DNA from: Candidatus Tayloriibacteriota bacterium
GTDB lineage: Bacteria; Patescibacteriota; Minisyncoccia; Phycocordibacterales; PALSA-1337
DNA: 57,505 nt
NCBI GenBank assembly: GCA_037129895.1
Contig: JBAXUB010000007.1
Span: forward strand, 1-57,505
Reading direction: 5' to 3'
This document shows, piece after piece, positions 54,390 to 57,505 of this stretch. The notes under the pieces are model-generated. The model did not search any database, was not told where the DNA came from, and worked only from the letters and a program-made list of their open reading frames with translations. Every line of letters starts with the position of its first letter. The stretch's first letter is position 1. The position numbers and the translations under genes are program-made.

Positions 54390-55373
54390 ATGAATCATCG
54401 CACTCGTGTAGGAGTATTACGTGGTGGACCTAGTACTGAATATGAGGTGTCGATAAACTCTGGCGCTACGGTCTTGAGCGCACTTCGGAATCACCACGAA
54501 AATAGATACCAGGCGAGAGATATATTCATCGATCGGTCTGGTGTTTGGCATATAGACGGCATACAGACTAAGCCGGAAGAAATCGTGAACTCTGTAGATA
54601 TTGTATTCAATGCTTTACATGGATCCTACGGGGAAGATGGCAAGGTTCAATCATTCCTTGAACACCATGGCAAGACTTTTACCGGATCTGGGTCATTGGC
54701 CTCTGCGATCGGTATGAACAAGATTCTTTCTAAGAAAGCATTCAGAGATAACGGTGTCAAGACTCCAATGCACATGGAATTATCTAGTGATTATATACCT
54801 CAAAATACTGAGACAATAGTAAAGGAGCTTTTCCAGACATTATTGTTACCTGCTATCGTCAAACCATGTTCAAGTGGTTCATCTATAGGGGTTACTGTTG
54901 TGAGATCTTACGATGATATAGCGAAGGCACTTCTCGAAGCTGCAAAGCATAGTCCGGTCGTAATGATCGAGGAGTTTATCCCTGGTATCGAGGCAACTTG
55001 TGCCGTCATCGAATCATTCCGCGACCAAGAACTGTACGCACTTCCACCGATAGAGATACGACATTCTAGTCAATTCTTTGACTACAAATCAAAATATGAT
55101 GGTCAATCAATGGAGATAGTGCCAGCAACATTCGCAGACAAATTCAAGCATGCGATCGAAACCACTTCCAAAAAGGTTCATAAGGCCCTCGGACTCAAAC
55201 ACTATTCAAGATCCGACTTCATCATTCATCCAAAGAGGGGAATATACGTACTCGAAGTCAACACCTTGCCTGGTCTAACCGAAAACTCACTGCTACCGAA
55301 AGCCCTAGTGGCAGTTGGTAGTGATATGCCGGAATTCGTATCACATGTGATCGAACTTAGTAGAGATAATTGA
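54390..55373 (+). CDS. ddl: D-alanine--D-alanine ligase
   Basis: 327 aa. VLRGGPSTEYEVS start, HGSYGEDG, ATP-grasp core (IVKPCSSGSSIGV), EVNTLPGLT. Confidence 0.95.
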   Translation: MNHRTRVGVLRGGPSTEYEVSINSGATVLSALRNHHENRYQARDIFIDRSGVWHIDGIQTKPEEIVNSVDIVFNALHGSYGEDGKVQSFLEHHGKTFTGSGSLASAIGMNKILSKKAFRDNGVKTPMHMELSSDYIPQNTETIVKELFQTLLLPAIVKPCSSGSSIGVTVVRSYDDIAKALLEAAKHSPVVMIEEFIPGIEATCAVIESFRDQELYALPPIEIRHSSQFFDYKSKYDGQSMEIVPATFADKFKHAIETTSKKVHKALGLKHYSRSDFIIHPKRGIYVLEVNTLPGLTENSLLPKALVAVGSDMPEFVSHVIELSRDN

Positions 55374-55393
55374 TCATGCAATCTATATTTAAT

Positions 55394-55421
55394 AAAAAGG
55401 ACTCACTTTGAGAGCGAGTCC
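55394..55421 (-). terminator. Hairpin plus T-run (read on the minus strand) downstream of the 83-aa ORF, also 3' of ddl
   Basis: ggactc-N11-gagtcc, with a five-A run on the plus-strand 5' side (a T-run on the minus strand). Confidence 0.4.
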
Positions 55422-55459
55422 GCGACATGTGTGAATAATATCTATAGAGACAGTGCCAA

Positions 55460-55711
55460 TCACTTTTTGAATAGTTCCTTCATCAGCGTAAAGAACGCTC
55501 CGAACTGGTCACTATTGATCGCATAACAACCACTCGGCAAAAACTTTGTTGTTATCACTTGAGCATCAGACAAGGTCTCCAATTCTAACATTCTACGCTC
55601 TGCAACTGAGCCGAATTCCAGCGCCAGAGACAGATCAGCGAACGGACCGACGTATCGATCTATTGGCTGATTGCCAGCATCGAACAAACGTACGAATACA
55701 TATCTTTTCAT
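55460..55711 (-). CDS. Hypothetical protein
   Basis: 83-aa ORF co-directional with the upstream tRNA-Ala. No recognisable motif. Confidence 0.4.
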   Translation of the reverse strand: MKRYVFVRLFDAGNQPIDRYVGPFADLSLALEFGSVAERRMLELETLSDAQVITTKFLPSGCYAINSDQFGAFFTLMKELFKK

Positions 55712-55769
55712 CTACACCAATGCTTACATGAGAACGTAAGCGAGTCAATATCAGTCCTAGAAATTCTTT

Positions 55770-55846
55770 TGGTGGACCCGAGCGGACTTGAACCGCTTGC
55801 CTCCGCTTTGCAAAAGCGGCGCTCTAGCCAGATGAGCTACGGGCCC
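55770..55846 (-). tRNA. tRNA-Ala (anticodon UGC), CCA encoded
   Basis: Manual cloverleaf: GGGCCCG/CGGGTCC acceptor with G3:U70, anticodon loop TTTGCAA, T-arm AGCGG-TTCAAGT-CCGCT. Confidence 0.9.
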
Positions 55847-55919
55847 GTAATATCGATGCAATGTACTGCCTGACTAGAATACACTAATATTGAACAAAAT
55901 TCAATACGACTACAATACG

Positions 55920-55945
55920 AAAAAATCACCTTGTTTAAGGGTGAC
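55920..55945 (-). terminator. Weak intrinsic terminator after the DUF378 gene
   Basis: Minus-strand TCACC-N9-GGTGA followed by TTTTTT. Confidence 0.4.
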
Positions 55946-55975
55946 TTCTTCAATAATTGAGACACAATAACTAAA

Positions 55976-56197
55976 CTATACTGTTGCTACTGGTGCAGCT
56001 GCACAATTCCTGCAAGCCTTCTTGTGTGTGACTACGAGAAGTAATGCTGAAAGACCAACCAAGATATATACTATCTTAGCCAAGACACTTCCTGCACCAA
56101 AGATCGCATCAACTAGATTGAAATTGAATGCTACCAATAACCAATTCAAGCCTCCTACGATGACCAATATGAACGCTATAACATGTGCTACTTTCAT
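55976..56197 (-). CDS. DUF378-family small membrane protein
   Basis: 73 aa. The GGLNWLLVAF..FNLVDAIFG....IVYILVGLSAL pattern is characteristic of DUF378. Confidence 0.7.
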   Translation of the reverse strand: MKVAHVIAFILVIVGGLNWLLVAFNFNLVDAIFGAGSVLAKIVYILVGLSALLLVVTHKKACRNCAAAPVATV

Positions 56198-56298
56198 TGT
56201 ATTTTTATATTAATTAATAATTGATAATAAGGAACTGCATTTATTATAGCAGATATCTATTAAGTCAACGTCGCGGTTATACACAGGTGACTGTTCTG

Positions 56299-56369
56299 TG
56301 GACCTACCGAGAATTGCACTCGGGCTTCGGCAATGCGAATGCCGCGTAATACTACTTTACTATAGGCCC
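56299..56369 (-). tRNA. tRNA-Ala (anticodon CGC) with non-canonical D- and T-loops, no CCA
   Basis: Acceptor GGGCCTA/TAGGTCC with G3:U70, D-arm GTAA-AGTAGTA-TTAC, anticodon loop TTCGCAT, T-arm CCGAG-TGCAATT-CTCGG (TGC instead of TTC). Confidence 0.6.
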
Positions 56370-56392
56370 TAGCGAGAATCGCTACTCAATTG

Positions 56393-56463
56393 TCGGGGTG
56401 CCGGGAATCGAACCCGGACCTCACACTCCCGAAGCGTGTATACTACCACTATACTACACCCCG
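56393..56463 (-). tRNA. tRNA-Pro (anticodon CGG), no CCA
   Basis: Acceptor CGGGGTG/CACCCCG, anticodon arm CACGC-TTCGGGA-GTGTG (G37), T-arm CCGGG-TTCGATT-CCCGG. Confidence 0.85.
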
Positions 56464-56538
56464 ATAGGTACAAGAGTATCAATTTTAAGGGTATTAGTCT
56501 AATTGAAGTGTTACAACGTAAAACGACCTATAAACAAG

Positions 56539-56611
56539 TGGACCATACCGGATTCGAACCAGTTGCCTCTTCCGTGCCACGGAAGCGCTCTACCAAGTGA
56601 GCTAATGGCCC
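56539..56611 (-). tRNA. tRNA-Ala (anticodon GGC), no CCA
   Basis: Acceptor GGGCCAT/ATGGTCC with G3:U70, D-arm GCTC-ACTTGGTA-GAGC, anticodon loop GTGGCAC, T-arm ACTGG-TTCGAAT-CCGGT. Confidence 0.88.
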
Positions 56612-57276
56612 GAATTTATCAATTTTGAAATTATTGCAAGTTCATTAAATATATCAGCTGAATAATACGTTATTCTGCAAACACCTTTATAGTGTTCTTT
56701 TCTTGTTGATTTGCCTATAGTCCTGCTGTCAATTTGTGCCTTACAGAACTGACTCAGTGGAATATTTGTAATCAAAGACCAATATTTTTCCAATTCTGGT
56801 ACAACCTGATCTGCTCTACATTGGACAGTACAGCGAAATTTCTCCAGATAGAGTTTATAACACGTTCTCAGTAATTGCAAAAACAGTTTAATAATCGCCA
56901 CATCCGAGTTTGCAAAGGTTAAAAAACCGCCACGTTTTGAGCCTTCGGCCAAATATAGCATTGCCAAAGCAATCTTTGCCACATTCACATCCACTATTAA
57001 GGAACATAGATGAATATTTTCCTTTTTCAATTTGTCCAAATATGCATTGCGTTTTTCGGCAATAGATTGAAGTCCGCTTTTCTGTGCGGCTGCAAGGTTA
57101 ATTGCGGCATTTTTCATTAATATATTCGCAGCCCTTTTTGACAGTACGATCCCGGCAAACCAGGATGCCATAGTTGACTTTGGAACTGATACATTTAGAG
57201 CATTGCAAATATCAGAGTATGATTTACCCCGCTTTCGTAATGCAATGGCAGCTTTCCTAACTTCAGTATTTACCAT
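56602..57276 (-). CDS. HTH plus LAGLIDADG-type homing-endonuclease-like protein (free-standing, in the tRNA island)
   Basis: 224 aa. N-terminal resolvase-like HTH (RKRGKSYSDICNALNVS), a single LAGLIDADG-like helix (IALAMLYLAEGSKRG) followed by FANSDVAIIKLFLQLLR, and ...YWSLITNIPLSQF. This is the pattern of the LAGLIDADG_3-type family. Its stop codon lies inside tRNA-Ala(GGC). Confidence 0.65.
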   Translation of the reverse strand: MVNTEVRKAAIALRKRGKSYSDICNALNVSVPKSTMASWFAGIVLSKRAANILMKNAAINLAAAQKSGLQSIAEKRNAYLDKLKKENIHLCSLIVDVNVAKIALAMLYLAEGSKRGGFLTFANSDVAIIKLFLQLLRTCYKLYLEKFRCTVQCRADQVVPELEKYWSLITNIPLSQFCKAQIDSRTIGKSTRKEHYKGVCRITYYSADIFNELAIISKLINSGH

Positions 57277-57375
57277 AATAAATGAATCATACTACAATAT
57301 AAATCTTCAGTCACACAATTTGAGCTTTCTTCAATAATGACTTATGCTAATGACGTCCCACGATAGGGAATGCGA

Positions 57376-57446
57376 CGGGCTGTAGTATAGTGGTAGTATA
57401 CATCCATGGGGTGGATGCGGTCCGGGTTCGATTCCCGGCAGCCCGA
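57376..57446 (+). tRNA. tRNA-Pro (anticodon GGG), no CCA
   Basis: Acceptor CGGGCTG/CAGCCCG, anticodon arm CATCC-ATGGGGT-GGATG, T-arm CCGGG-TTCGATT-CCCGG. D- and T-arms are identical to tRNA-Pro(CGG). Confidence 0.85.
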
Positions 57447-57505
57447 GAGTTGATCTGTACCCCATAAAGTGGACACAGATTTCACAATTCATTGGTTTCT
57501 TTTGT

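Noticed and set aside
1-57505. CRISPR arrays, transposases/IS elements, integrases and prophage genes
   Set aside because: I saw no regularly spaced direct repeats and no transposase- or integrase-like ORFs. The only mobile-type gene is the LAGLIDADG-like ORF.

Overview
This is a 57.5-kb chromosomal segment from a low-GC bacterium that uses the standard genetic code. It looks like a reduced genome: housekeeping genes are tightly packed and several are unusually short. Examples are ProRS without the INS editing domain, DnaJ with no cysteines, a short UvrC, a split transketolase and a short EF-Ts. Shine-Dalgarno sequences are almost absent. Together with Cys-bracketed 'SW-S-NAT-C' surface-protein modules, this suggests a Patescibacteria/CPR-like organism, but that is an inference. 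The core content covers several functional groups: cell envelope and shape (murA, two mreB, mreC, a small MreD-like ORF, a SEDS protein, ddl, a PBP5-type carboxypeptidase); chaperones (grpE, dnaK, dnaJ); translation (frr, proS, trpS, rpsB, tsf); scpAB; gap plus non-oxidative pentose-phosphate genes (rpiB, an rpe-like gene, split tkt); and nucleotide excision repair (uvrB, uvrA, uvrC). There is also a MacAB-like ABC exporter with an HlyD adaptor, and a processive GT2 synthase paired with a membrane-anchored CxxC thioredoxin-fold protein. The 3' end carries a tRNA island (Ala x3, Pro x2) that includes a LAGLIDADG-type endonuclease gene. The most unusual region is a 13-kb, five-ORF, co-directional array (16622-29782). 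It encodes paralogous giant secreted proteins, three with a mid-protein membrane hairpin that ends in a signal-peptidase-like AxA site and four with a shared C-terminal module and tail. Other points are a duplicated gap 3' end carrying mostly synonymous differences, recurrent extended -10 boxes 6-9 nt upstream of start codons (suggesting leaderless mRNAs), catalytic-residue substitutions in PyrD, Rpe and a HAD protein, and two gaps of about 0.9 kb with no convincing genes.
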